Shown: piece by piece, positions 1 through 11,941 of the stretch
Layout: every line of letters starts with the position of its first letter
Position numbering within the stretch: the stretch's first letter is position 1
Assembly: GCA_964016885.1 (NCBI GenBank)
Contig: OZ024740.1
Location: 219,976,001-220,040,000 of the forward strand
DNA: 64,000 nucleotides
Origin: Eledone cirrhosa
Lineage: Eukaryota
Direction: 5' to 3'
The notes under the pieces: generated by a model
Database searches by the model: none
Told to the model about the DNA's origin: nothing
The model's input: the letters and a program-made list of their open reading frames with translations, nothing else
Made by a program: the position numbers and the translations under genes

Positions 1-1199
1 GATATACTGGAAAAAAAAACAATTTTATTAGTAATCTTCTCTAAAATCATTATTGATTTGAGATTTCTATAGAAAATATACAGATTTGTGATTAAGAGAA
101 TCATTTTCAAACATCTTTAGATAAACTCATACAAATATACGCGTTGAGCTCACAATAACCTTCAAAGGTAGCTATCCTGGTAAGATTACTTCTGTGTAGA
201 TTTAAGTCACAAATGAATTTGTTTCTTTCCAGAATTTGCTTCAATTTAAGTTTTTCAAATATAACCCAATCACAAACTAAATTTCATAGCTTTTGCTCAA
301 TATGCAGTTCAACTAATCTACAACTACTAGTCCTATTAAAAAAACAGTCATTTATATATTTAAATTTGAAATATTTTATTAATTTGTTTTAGGAATCTAT
401 TCCATCATATTTCAATAGGCAGGATATGTTTTGGAAAGTTTTATGTTTGCATGATATAACTAAATTGTTCAAGAAAATAAATTTGTTTCTGCTAAAGATA
501 TCTTAACTTTAATTCATTGCTACCATTGCATCAGCCTGTATACTTCCAAGGCAAGCATGGAATACATATTTTTCTCTCACTTTAGTTTTGTAGCTATCAC
601 TGCTATTTTTAGCACGTTAGTTACCTGTTAACTTTGCAGGAACTGAATAGATGGAATCTTTTCAATGGTAGTTGTCACTTCAAAAATCTTTATTAGACAT
701 ATACACATCTCACTTCATACTAAGTGTAGTATAGCAATTGGAAGAAGGGCCTGGATGGATCAACCAACTAATCAATCAAAATTAAGTTGGTTTTTTTTTA
801 TAATGAAATTGTGTTTTACTGGAATGCTTTCAATCCCTTTTTTTTATTTATATCCATCATTCATATAAACATGAGAAAACTCAGCCATTAAAACAACAAA
901 ATGCTGTCATCTACTGCTTGAAGTCATATTACAATACTATATTCATAAGAATTTATATCATATCTGAAAATGTATGCATAAATTTCACTGACCAAGTCAA
1001 AATACAAATTTCTATAAATTATTAAATCTTATTACTCCAAATGATAATTTTTGCTTGAATTTCTTAAATAGGGAACTATCCTTATTCTATATTGATATAC
1101 TTAAACTAGTGTCCTCATCTTCATTGTTATAGAAACAACATATTTACTTTACAGGGACACCTCTCATGAACTAAGCCTCAGTCAAAAGCAAATTGTCTA

Positions 1200-2040
1200 T
1201 TCCATAGAAACCATGGTCCATGTAGAGACAGAGAAATCAGGTATGGCTTATCATTTGTGAAGAAGCAAAAGGGAGTTGCACACACTTGTGGAACAAAGTC
1301 AAGATAATAGAGAGGGAGCAAGACTGGAAGATAAGAATAAGCCAAAGAATGCTGAAGCTTGGCTCTGGTAGCCTCCTCAGTATTCCTAGCGCAGAGATGA
1401 ACACCATAAGGGAGTCTTTAATTAAGAAACAAAGAGCATTAAGCCATAAGTAAAAGTTGAGTTTAAAGCTTCTAATGTCCATCAGCTAATTGTTTAATTT
1501 GCATATTGAATAGAAGTGTTAATTAAGTGTCAAGTGCTGCAGTTTACTTGGTAGGCTTGAGCTTGAATTCAATCTCTGGGTCAGTGAATATACACTGGTT
1601 CAAGAGAAATGAGTCAGTGGCATCACAACTTTGAAAATAACTAATATGAGAACATCCTTGACATGAACAAGGAAATTAGAGTCACCTAACCCATCATTGG
1701 TTCAGTTTGAAATTCTGAAGCACATACCACCCAAAGAAAGATGGAAACTTGTGATGACAACATCCAAGACAAGGACATTAAGAGTGTTTATAATAATCTA
1801 TTTGTCTGTCACTAGTCAGCTGATTCTTCTATATAACATACTTAACTTTCAAACTATACCTAAAAGCTCATGTAAAGGTATAGCAGTTGTCTCTTCTTTA
1901 AGGCTTCTAATTCCTTAACCAGCATAGCAACCATCTGGAATGTATTTATTTCAGTCTCCAGCTGGTTGTAATTCAAAACACAGACTAGATTTAGAATCAG
2001 ATGTCAATCCATGATACTGTCTCTATTTATTGAGGAGCAG
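1200..2040 (-). mobile_element. Highly degraded LINE (CR1/Jockey-like) RT and C-terminal relic
   Basis: More balanced base composition than the flanks; broken minus-strand peptides (VTDRQI, STSVCNSLL similar to RTxxxWNSLP); many stops and frameshifts. Boundaries approximate. Confidence 0.35.
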
Positions 2041-2444
2041 GTTTAATTTAAATAAAGGCTTCAATCAAAATATAAGTTATGTACATCTTACGAATATATG
2101 TAATTTAAGACATATGTGTATATATAAATATACACATATGTTTGTATATTTTTTGAGTTGGAATTCAATTGAAGCAAAGAAAATAGGAATATTGTGAAAG
2201 CAAAGCATTAGTTAAGATAGTTAAGCTAATTAGTTACAACTATTAACAAAAAAAAAAATTAGAAGAAATATAAAATTTCTGAATTTAACAAGTTAGCTTT
2301 AATTTTATCATAAAATAAATAATATGAAATTATCTTATAACAGTTATTTTAAGAACATATAGAAGCTGTACAATAAGCCATGTACTTAAAAGCCTGCTCA
2401 ATAACAGTACCAATATATTCTTAGCTTATAAATTCATCTATCTT

Positions 2445-2790
2445 ATAAATAATTGTTTCTACTTTTGGCACAAGGCCAGCAATTACTCCAGTGCTTTATT
2501 TTATCGACCCTGTAACGATGAAAGCTAACACCGGCGGGATTTGCACACAGAACGTAAAGGGCCATAACTATGCTGCAAAGCATGGTGTCTGATGCTCTAC
2601 CGATTCTGCCATAAATAATTGTTTCTCCTTTAGGCACAAGGCTAGCAATTACCCAGTGCATTACTGGTACTCTATTTTATCGACCCCGTAAGGATGAAAG
2701 GCAAAGTCAACCTCAGCGGGATTTGAACTCAGATCGTAAAGAGACGTAACTATGCTGGAAAGCATGGCGTCCAACCCTCTACCGATACTG
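2445..2790 (-). mobile_element. Two tandem copies of tRNA-derived SINE family A
   Basis: Reverse complement of GGCAGTATCGGTAGAG...GAGTTCAAATCCCGC...TTTGCCTTTCATCCTTACGGGGTCGATAAAAT...GCTGGCCTTGTGCC...AAACAATTAT. Confidence 0.85.
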
Positions 2791-3040
2791 CCTAGCAACA
2801 AATACTTTCTTCAACTAAGCAAGATTTCTTCAATATAAAATAATCACAACATTGCTGTTTCAGAAAAATTTCCGGACCCCTACGTATGAAAATAAAACTG
2901 AATTAATACCTATTGAAATCCACTTAAGAATGAAAAAGAAATGTTGGCTGATTTAATTTGAGATAGCACACTGACTCAATGATTTAAAAAAATACATTGG
3001 TATACAAATTTCATAATAGGAGTTGAAAATTGATAATTTA

Positions 3041-3081
3041 TCTTCTGATGAATGACCAGTTAGTTGTGAAACATGTAAAGA
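3041..3081 (+). ncRNA. Minimal type I hammerhead ribozyme motif (Penelope/retrozyme type)
   Basis: tctt-CTGATGA-atgac-cagtta-gttgt-GAAA-C-AT-G-TA-aaga. Stem I tctt/aaga, stem II atgac/gttgt (two G-U pairs), palindromic stem III ACATGT, GUA cleavage triplet ending at 3077. Confidence 0.7.
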
Positions 3082-3355
3082 CAATCTCTGATGTTTCTCT
3101 TTGTGTATGAAGAGAATAACAATAGTATTCTCATTTGTTTAAATTTTCACAATGTAGCTTATAAACTCTAGTTTTACCTACATTAAATTCATCTTAGCTT
3201 TTTCGTGGTGCGCATATGTATTTATCATTTAATGAATTATATCACCAGCAAATTCATATTATGCAAATTAGATTAGCCATTTCAGTTATGTCCTATTAGC
3301 TATAAATAGTGTTTGACTAAACCTCTTTTCATATACTGAAGGCTAAGAACACTTA

Positions 3356-3396
3356 TCCTCTGATGAACAACCAATTAGCCATAAAACATGTAAAAG
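3356..3396 (+). pseudogene. Degenerate second copy of the hammerhead (GAAA mutated to AAAA) within a direct repeat of about 140 bp
   Basis: CTGATGA-acaac-caatta-gccat-AAAAC-AT-GTA, 315 bp downstream of the first copy. The downstream flank (agaataac...atttgtttaaattttcacaa...cttataaact) is also repeated. Confidence 0.6.
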
Positions 3397-3509
3397 CAAC
3401 CTCTTACGGCTTTCTATATACAAAAAGAATAACATGTTTTTCATATTTGTTTAAATTTTCACAACAAGACTTATAAACTGTAATTACCCCTCCAATATAT
3501 ATTGATTTT

Positions 3510-3718
3510 TAATTTAGGCCCAAGGCTGAACATTTTGAGGAAAGGGCAAAATTTATTACATCAAACCCAGTACTTGACTAGTACTTCATTTCATCATACC
3601 TGAAAGGATGAAAGGCAAAGTTGACCTCGGTGGGATTTAAACTCAGAATGTAAAGAGTCACAATAAATACTGCAATGGCATGTTATCTGACACCCTGTTA
3701 ATTTTGCCAATCTACCAC
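3510..3718 (-). mobile_element. SINE family A, diverged copy
   Basis: gaaaggatgaaaggcaaagttgacctcggtgggatttaaactcagaatg core matches the other family A copies. Confidence 0.75.
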
Positions 3719-4320
3719 ACTTCTTTCAATATATATTGAAAATATAATGTAAAGTTTATATAAGATTCTATTTAACCATTATGAAAAAGAATTAATTTCT
3801 AGTATAATATAAATAATTAATAATACTAATGCTTCAAGTATAAAATGAATATGCTAAAATAAATAGTGTAGCTATGGTGTGTAGCGCACAACAGGCAGCA
3901 CTTTTGGTCTACTGTTTTTCATTTGACGAACCCCAAAACTGCCTTGGCTAACACAAACATTAGCTAAACCAGAGTTACATTGTATCCTTTTCACATAATC
4001 ATTGTAAATATCACAGAAACATTTAACATACAGTAATAACAATAAAACATAAGTAAATAAAGGAAAATAAAAGTTCATTTGGCCTACTGACATAGATGTG
4101 ACCAGAATTTTAGTGGAAAGTTTATTACTGTATTGAGATAAATTCCCAAACATGTTAACTGTTCAGTTATGTATATTTCTTTGAAAATATATAATTCTGG
4201 GTGGAAATCATTGAAGCTGAGATATTAGGAGTTTAATGCCAGTAAAGCTGACAAAATGTAATTCTAAATGTTAAATCAAATTAAAAATTAAAAAAAAATT
4301 TTTTATACAATAGTAAAGTA

Positions 4321-4763
4321 AAGGCATGTAGCCTAATGCCTAGAGTGCCACAATCATTATCATAAGATTGTGGGTTTGATTCACAGACATGGTGACATGC
4401 TGTGTTCTTGAGCAAGTCACTTCATTTTATGCTGTTCAATTCATTTAGCTGAAAATGAGCATTACCAGAGGAAGCTGGGGGAATTAATCCTGTGACTGAC
4501 TGATGGCCCATATATAAGGAGTCTTGTATTTTCAACCAGGATAAACTCTGGCCTTCAACACTTGTGGCATGTTGAGTGTTTGAGCAAGGCACTTCACTAT
4601 ATGCTGTTCCAGTTCACTCAGCTGAAAATGAGTACCAGCAGGAGCTAGCTGTGTGACAGACTGATGTCCCACATGTACTCTTAACACCACATGAAACTAG
4701 GATAAGCTCTGGTTTTGGGCCAACCAGCATGGAAAAATGAACATAAAATGATGATGATGATGA
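4321..4763 (+). mobile_element. tRNA-derived SINE family B (two partial bodies) with an RTE-type (TGA)n tail
   Basis: tRNA-like head, gtgttcttgagcaag..cact core, cagctgaaaatgagtaccag, ending gcatggaaaaatgaacataaaatgatgatgatg. Confidence 0.7.
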
Positions 4764-5061
4764 CAGTAAAAACAATGAAAAAAACTGTCACTTATAAAAA
4801 TATAATTTATAATTACTGAAAAATTGAGTAATAAGTCATACATTGAGTAATGAGTTATACATATATAAGAAAAGAATTTGCAAACTACTATCGTTGTTAT
4901 TTTATGGAATAGTTGCTATTTAGAAAGTAAGGTATATATATATTATGATAATGATTAAAGTTACTAGTCAATGATAAAATAAACATACACACATACACGT
5001 AGACACACACACGTGCACGTATACACACACACATATACATATATACAAACATAGAAGCATC

Positions 5062-5096
<35 letters not shown>

Positions 5097-6832
5097 ATAC
5101 ATACATACATACATACACAGATATAGGCATACATATTTTTACACATAACACACACAAATGCTTGGGTTTGGGTAGAGTAAGTGAATGGTCTTTAATTTAT
5201 CAGTCAAGGATGGATGAAAGCAAAATGGAATCTGATATGATTTGTACATAGAAAACAGATAGATGAAACTAGATATTGAAAGGCATTTAATCAAATGCTT
5301 ATTTTCTTAATCAGTAACAGGGGTAACACATATTTATAATTTATTTTACAGTACAACACAATGAAACTAAAGAAATATGCACAGAAATTGGGAACAACAG
5401 AGAGACATATGTCTAAAAATATGAGTTTTATATAATAAACAGGGAATACAAATACCACATATATTCATATATAAGTCCCACCAGTAGATATGTCACAACT
5501 CCATTTCATATACATTTATAATACAAGTGTTTTACGGTAATTGTCCCTGTTACAGCCAGAGTTAGCCTTCCATTCATCGAATACCCTTCTTTGCACCAAC
5601 CCTTTTAGTTAACTTTTATGACACACAAGGATACGGTGCAACTATTCTAAACTGGATACCTATATTTGAAATTGAGGTTTTGTAAGTCCAGCAGATAAGT
5701 TGTATGCTGGTTTTTCACATATTTCATGTAAAAAGGTGTGATTTATATATTGTTTACAAAGAATAGATAAAATATAAGTATTAAATGAATAGACTAAATA
5801 AGTAAAAATATCTGAACTTATCAAAAATTCTTTGATATTTCTGTTCTGATATTTGGTAAATGTTCTCTTCATTTTCTTACACTTTTTTCTAAGACAAGAC
5901 TAGTTCAATTCTACAGCTGAGAGATACAACAGTTTTTCAAGATGAACATAACCTATGAACATCAACAGTTAAAGCTTACACTAAAAAGGTTGCTACACTA
6001 CTCACATCAACTAGGATGGAAGACTATCTGGAAGAACAAGCCCCATGAAGTGGTGTGGCTTTTTCAGCCATCTCATGCACCATCTCCTTCACAGCAACAT
6101 ATTCACTATTTCATCCACTGGGATCATGGAATATTTGAAAGTTTGCAAGACACATTGTGATTTTTTTGCTTTGTTTGTTGTATTCACAAAAGAAAGGTTA
6201 TTGCCTCTTATAAAATATTTTTTAATGTTTAAATTCATGGACCACTGACCACATAGTACTACATTCAAATCTTTCTATGGCAACTATGTTGTGCCTTCAA
6301 TCTGCCAAGCTGATGACAGGTTCCATTTCCCACTTTAGGTCATTAAGTTTCAGTAGATTAATGGTAGAACATAGTCATGTATTAAATTTCCTATATCTAT
6401 CCCACTCCTTGTTAGCAATTCAGTAACTTAACTTGAAATTCTTCTCTTCCCCCTCTCATGACATTATTATCATAGGAAATACATCAACACATACTAAAGA
6501 AACCACAATGGAAAGCTTGTAATGCAAACAATATATTTTCCCTTTGGTGGGTGTAAAATTAAGGTAGTGTGCTACTGACTTACAGCAGTCACTATCAAGA
6601 CCTATTAAGAAATATTGGTTTAACTAATATATCCTAAATCTTTCTACAGCCTGTCTCATATATACATAAATACAGATATCCTCCACTAACATCACAGTAC
6701 TTTTTTCTCTCAAGCAGTTATCATACATTATATACATAGTTGCCAGTTCTTTTTAAAATTGAACAAAAATATCTTAAAATTGTTAAAACAAAAACAAACA
6801 AAATAGTAAATGATTTAAATATTATTAAATAC

Positions 6833-6959
6833 CTGAGTGTTGAAGCGAGAAGCAACTTTTCGATTTCTACGGCGAATAACAGGTGCATCACAACGGACTG
6901 CCTTTTCAGATAGTGTTTTGGGAGAAGAGAAGAGTTTTACTTTATCAGCCAAACTTTGT
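6833..6959 (-). CDS. SVIL: Supervillin-like gene, exon G (127 nt, phase 2 to 0); the gene probably continues beyond the window start
   Basis: tttttttttAG|ACAAAGT ... ACTCAG|GTATTT. Encodes [42 protein letters not shown]. The TQ|P-x-T motif is split by the intron and I found no matching next exon in 1-6830. Confidence 0.9.
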
Positions 6960-7041
6960 CTAAAAAAAAAAGAAAATGGTACAAAAACATTAAAAGAGTG
7001 AAAAAAAAAAGACTCCAGCTGGGATAAATAAATAAGTATAA

Positions 7042-7042
<1 letters not shown>

Positions 7043-7104
<62 letters not shown>

Positions 7105-7111
7105 CATATAC

Positions 7112-7169
<58 letters not shown>

Positions 7170-7170
7170 G

Positions 7171-7247
<77 letters not shown>
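7043..7247. repeat. (TA)n/(TACATA) microsatellite
   Basis: Directly visible; source of the spurious YIYI ORFs. Confidence 0.95.
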
Positions 7248-7248
<1 letters not shown>

Positions 7249-8172
7249 ATAATTACTGACAAATATAAGATTGAAAGTAAAAATTGATAGCATAATTACA
7301 TTTATCTAACAAATAAAATCCTATTTTCAAAATATTAAAAGAAATAATGAACTTAACAACATTACTTTCTGTATAAATGATAGTCATTTAGAAAATTAAT
7401 TTTCTAAGTACTTTATAAAGTGTAAATCTAAAATTAATATTTTTAGCCTCTTTTTTTTTTTAGTTCATTAATTAGTAATATTATATGATTAAAATAAAGT
7501 ACCAGTGGTGCACTGGTTGATCGCTGGCCTTGTGCCAAAAGTGGAAACAATTATTATTATAGGTATGGCTATACTGAAGCAAGGTTTTGACTAACATTCC
7601 AGGTATAATATTTTAATCAGTATACTTGGTTTAATAACAAGTGCTTAATGATAGCTGCAGCATTAAACATAACTTCACAGTGATCAGTTAAGGGGGGGGG
7701 GGGGGGGAAGCAGTTGTTAAAAAAATATCAATGACATTTCAAACTATTGTCCAGTCAATCCCTCTCTTTCAGTTCTCAGTAATGTCATATGAACAAAAGG
7801 ACAGCTTTTACAATTGTTCACTATCTAATTAATATTCATGAGTTTACACATGTAGTGACAGCTAAAATCTATAGGTTTATCTTATAGTAAGGCAGTCGAT
7901 TTTAGCAGCATTGTTAGAATGTTAGATATTTGTTCTGGGTCTCTGCATTTCAAGTTCAAATTACACCGAGGTATACTTTGCTTTTGATTCTTTTGTGGTT
8001 AATAAAGTACCTGCCTTTTGCTGATGCAGACCTCTCTCCTTCCAGCTATCATATCCTGGATGTTCTGCTGGATCTAAGGAGAGGATGCCTGTACTTGTTT
8101 GCAACTGCATGGGTAACTAAAACACTTAACTAAAGCGGGGTACATGCTACCAAGTCAAAAACAATTGCAAGT

Positions 8173-8530
8173 GATGTCTATAGTTAGTTGTCCTATAGTA
8201 TTAATGAATGTCTATAGTTAGTTGTCCTATAGTATTAATGAATGTCTATAGTTAGTTGTCCTATAGTATTAATGAGATGTCTATAGTAAGTTGTCCTATA
8301 GTATTAATGAATGTCTATAGGTAGTTGTCCTATAGTATTAATGAATGTCTATAGGTAGTTGTCCTATAGTATTAATGAGATGTCTATAGTTAGTTATCCT
8401 ATAGTATTAATGAGATGTCTATAGTTAGCTGTCCTATAGTATTAATGAGAAGTCTATAGTTAGTTATCCTATAGTATTAATGAGATGACTGTAGTTAGCT
8501 GTCCTATAGTACACTATAGTATTAATGAGA
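8173..8530. repeat. Minisatellite, 34-35-bp unit, about 10 copies
   Basis: Unit tgtctatagttagttgtcctatagtattaatgaa/gaga repeated head-to-tail; each unit has two CTATAG palindromes. Confidence 0.92.
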
Positions 8531-8859
8531 AATGTACATATCTTTTAGTCATGAAAATGTGATTTTATAATATAATTAACAACATAACAATAAATAAACA
8601 GATTAAACAATCAGTTCATTATTAAATATGTAAAAATTAATTAACTGGAAGAATAAAAAGAAACTATTAGTTTGTTAATGAGGAAAATGGAATATGGCAT
8701 AAATTGTTGAGTGCTGAACCATTTTTCTGCATTCTGAGTTTAAATCTTACTGGGTCTACTTTTGCCTTTCATCCCTTTAGACTCAAATGAGTACCAGTTA
8801 TGTACAGGAGTTGTTTCTCATTCAACCATTCCCCCTATCCTTGAAAAATTTCATTGAAA

Positions 8860-9140
8860 TGAATGTGAAAGTGACTAAGTATTCCTCAGACATGTGTATC
8901 TTTAATGTAATTCTCAGGGAGATTTAGCATGTTACATATGTAACAAGGCTGGCCTTTTGAATTACAGGTACAATCATCCAATTGACTTTCACACAGTTAC
9001 TATCTACTGAATTTCATTCACAAGGCTTGGGTCGACTTGAAGTCATGGTAAAGGCACACCCTCCAGATGCCGGGCAGTAGAATTGAACCTGGAACCTAAT
9101 GATCAGAAAGCAAAATTCTTAACCACCTGGCCATGCCTGC
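8860..9140 (-). mobile_element. tRNA-derived SINE family C
   Basis: Reverse complement of gcaggcatggc..ggtggttaagaa...ggttcaattctactgc...gccttgtgaatgaaattcagtaga, a head shared with the copies at 18606, 30685, 42123, 45395 and 61082. Confidence 0.65.
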
Positions 9141-9179
9141 ACCAACTATACATAGACACAAATTAACAAATAATAAAAG

Positions 9180-9500
9180 CACCAAGTCCAGCCTGTAAAG
9201 TAGTAGTGTGAGTGTCACAATAAAAGATACTCAGTCCACTTTGTAAGGTGATAATAATGGTGCCACAATAAAAAGCACACAGTCCACTCTGTAAGGTGGC
9301 AGTGCTGGTACCACGAAAAAATGCTCAACAGAACGTGCTGTAAAGTTGTTGATGTTAGGAAGGGCATCTAACTATAGGATCCAAACCATGATGGAATGTA
9401 TGAGCAAATGTGGACACACCCATCTGTCTAGTCTCAGAATGTGACAATCTATCTAATACAAGCAAGCATAGAAACATGGATATTACTTGGTGGTGTTGAT
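9180..9500 (+). mobile_element. Non-autonomous copy of the RTE LINE 3' tail
   Basis: Subrepeats ggtgccacaataaaaagcac.cagtccactctgtaa, then ggaagggcatc...gcaagcatagaaacatgga; same as the 3' UTR of the LINE at 48290-49975. Confidence 0.7.
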
Positions 9501-10239
9501 GTTAATTATATGTTGACTCTAGAAACATGTATATGTTTGTTATCATTTTTATAATGATAATTAGTTAAATATAGACTGGAATGCTAACAACATTCAGAAG
9601 AGCTTGGTGGAAATTAGATAAAATGTCAACTATTTGATTGTATATATTGAAAACTAATAACTGTTTCATTGTTGTTAACCACTGCTACCCTATCTTCTGT
9701 CAGATTTGCTCAAATATATCTTTGCAATCACCTATGGCAGTTAGTACACTAGATTTTACATGCTTCAGGCCTCGATAAACCAATTTATTTCATTGTGTCA
9801 ACATACTGCTACAGTATTATTATTCATATTTATTTAATCCCTTTTATGATGTTATATATCTTGTTTGCTTGTTTCTTAATATTTCATTTCCTTATGAATA
9901 GAGAAAATCTATCATGGAAAGAATAAAAGGTACTATGAATAACAAAACTATTATGTTTATTCATGGAAGAAGGGATATTCTCATCTCATAAATTAAAAAG
10001 TATTTAGAGAAATAAAAGAGATTCATAAGAAAGCATAAGAAAAGCTTCTTTTATATTAAACATTCTCTTTTGAAATACAAATAACAAGAAATATGTTTTA
10101 ATTTCTGAGGCCTTGTAGTTTCTGGAACAGATTCTCAGATGAAACAAGATCTCTTGATCTCTTTCTGTTATATTAGTTTGAAGACAGTATATATATATAT
10201 ATATACAAACAAATGAGAATGGTACATATGTTGACTCAC

Positions 10240-10360
<121 letters not shown>

Positions 10361-10448
10361 ACTGGAAGGTAATATCCGTAGTGGTATATCACTCAGTCCA
10401 TGAGACGAGTTAGGTAGAAGTGGTTACACAACAGTTAGTTGACCATAC

Positions 10449-10486
10449 CGAGAACAATTGTTTCACCTTAGCGGATCCTCAGCTCG
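10449..10486 (-). ncRNA. Minimal hammerhead ribozyme motif, left arm of the palindrome (sense to the host pre-mRNA)
   Basis: Exact reverse-complement copy of 10498-10535; predicted cleavage after 10453 on the minus strand. Confidence 0.72.
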
Positions 10487-10497
10487 TAATCGGATTA

Positions 10498-10535
10498 CGA
10501 GCTGAGGATCCGCTAAGGTGAAACAATTGTTCTCG
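10498..10535 (+). ncRNA. Minimal hammerhead ribozyme motif, right arm of the palindrome
   Basis: cgag-CTGAGGA-t-cc-gctaa-gg-t-GAAA-C-AATT-G-TT-ctcg. Stem I cgag/ctcg, intact CUGANGA and GAAA core, palindromic stem III, GUU triplet ending at 10531. Confidence 0.72.
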
Positions 10536-10564
10536 GTATGGTCAACTAACTGTTGTGTAACCAC

Positions 10565-10612
<48 letters not shown>

Positions 10613-10649
10613 ACCATCTGAACAAATGAGAATGGTACATATGTTGACT

Positions 10650-10716
<67 letters not shown>

Positions 10717-10855
10717 GTATATATATATATGTATATATATATATTTGTTATATATATATATGTATATATATTTGTTATATATATATATATCAGCCGTTAA
10801 TATGCATAAGGAAAGTATATACTTTCAGACGTTCAATCATCTGGCAGGAAGGTAT

Positions 10856-10898
10856 ACGTTGCTGACGATAGCTAATAAGCTTGAAACTAGTACAGCGT
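10856..10898 (+). ncRNA. Minimal type I hammerhead ribozyme motif
   Basis: acgttg-CTGACGA-t-agct-aata-agct-t-GAAA-C-TA-G-TA-cagcgt. Six-bp stem I, intact core, palindromic stem III ACTAGT, GUA triplet ending at 10892. Confidence 0.78.
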
Positions 10899-11806
10899 TC
10901 CTTTGTCAGTGTTGAACAAACGACCAACGATGGTTGCTAGACACTACGGCTTAATACGGGATGTTTGTTTACAAACACACCGAGCATTATAATAAATGTT
11001 CGGTGAATCCAGAAAATGCACCCACTACACTCTGTAAAGTGGTAGTGCTGGTGGCATGTTAAAGTGTACACAATGCACCCTGTAAAATGGTTGATAAAAC
11101 CATGCGACATATGGAATTATGTACAAGATGAGGCCTCTCCAACCAGTCTAATCTTAGACTGACAACTTGTCCAATCCTTGCTAGTATGGAATATGTTAGC
11201 ATCAGTTGAGTAGGTCTATATTGCTGGTATTACATTGTTTTCCTTATTTGTTTAGTCGAGAAAGGAAAGGCAACACCCATGACCCTTTTCGTGGCCTCTA
11301 AGACTGCTGGGAGGGAGGGAAGAAAAAATTCACAAACCAGAGACCCAAATGCTTACAACAGAGTATACTTGACTACAGAGTATACTTGACTACAGAGATC
11401 CAAAGATCTGGTGCTAGCATTAAAATGGGCAAATCCACCACCCAAATAGACAAGAATTGAAGTCTGAACATAAAAAAAAATGTAACAAATATCACAAGTT
11501 CAACTCTCTCACAATTCCATCAATCCATCACCCCGGAGAAGTACTTTATTTTATTCCCCCCTCCCCTGAAAAGATGAAAGGTAAAGTTGACCTTGGTAGA
11601 ATTTGAACTCAGAACATAAAGAGCTGGAACAAATACTAGAAATATAACAAAGTAAGTACAGATAGTTGAATCTGCGAGTCAATAAAATAACTACTAGTGT
11701 AGTACTGATATTAATTTTATTGACCTAAAAGAAATGGTAGGCAAAGTAAACCTTAGTAAGATTTAAATAAAAAGGGGACAAAGCAAAAAATAGTAGCAAT
11801 ACAAAA

Positions 11807-11882
11807 GGTAATATCAAACAAAATATAAAAAGATTGAATATATATATATATATGCAATCTTTTTATATTTTGTTTGATATTA

Positions 11883-11884
<2 letters not shown>
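11807..11884. repeat. Inverted repeat, 30-bp perfect arms around an (AT)n spacer
   Basis: ggtaatatcaaacaaaatataaaaagattg ... caatctttttatattttgtttgatattacc. Confidence 0.9.

Positions 11885-11941
<57 letters not shown>

Larger units (their letters stand above)
10415..10569. repeat. Perfect 155-bp palindrome (77-bp arms, 1-nt centre at 10492)
   Basis: tagaagtggttacacaac...gctcgtaatc G gattacgagc...gttgtgtaaccacttcta. The arms read as exact reverse complements. Confidence 0.95.

Noticed and set aside
625-750. Possible next supervillin exon (minus-strand ccAG acceptor at 752-751 and GTAAC donor near 624)
   Set aside because: Stops in all three frames, and it does not begin with the expected P-[VI]-T in phase 0.
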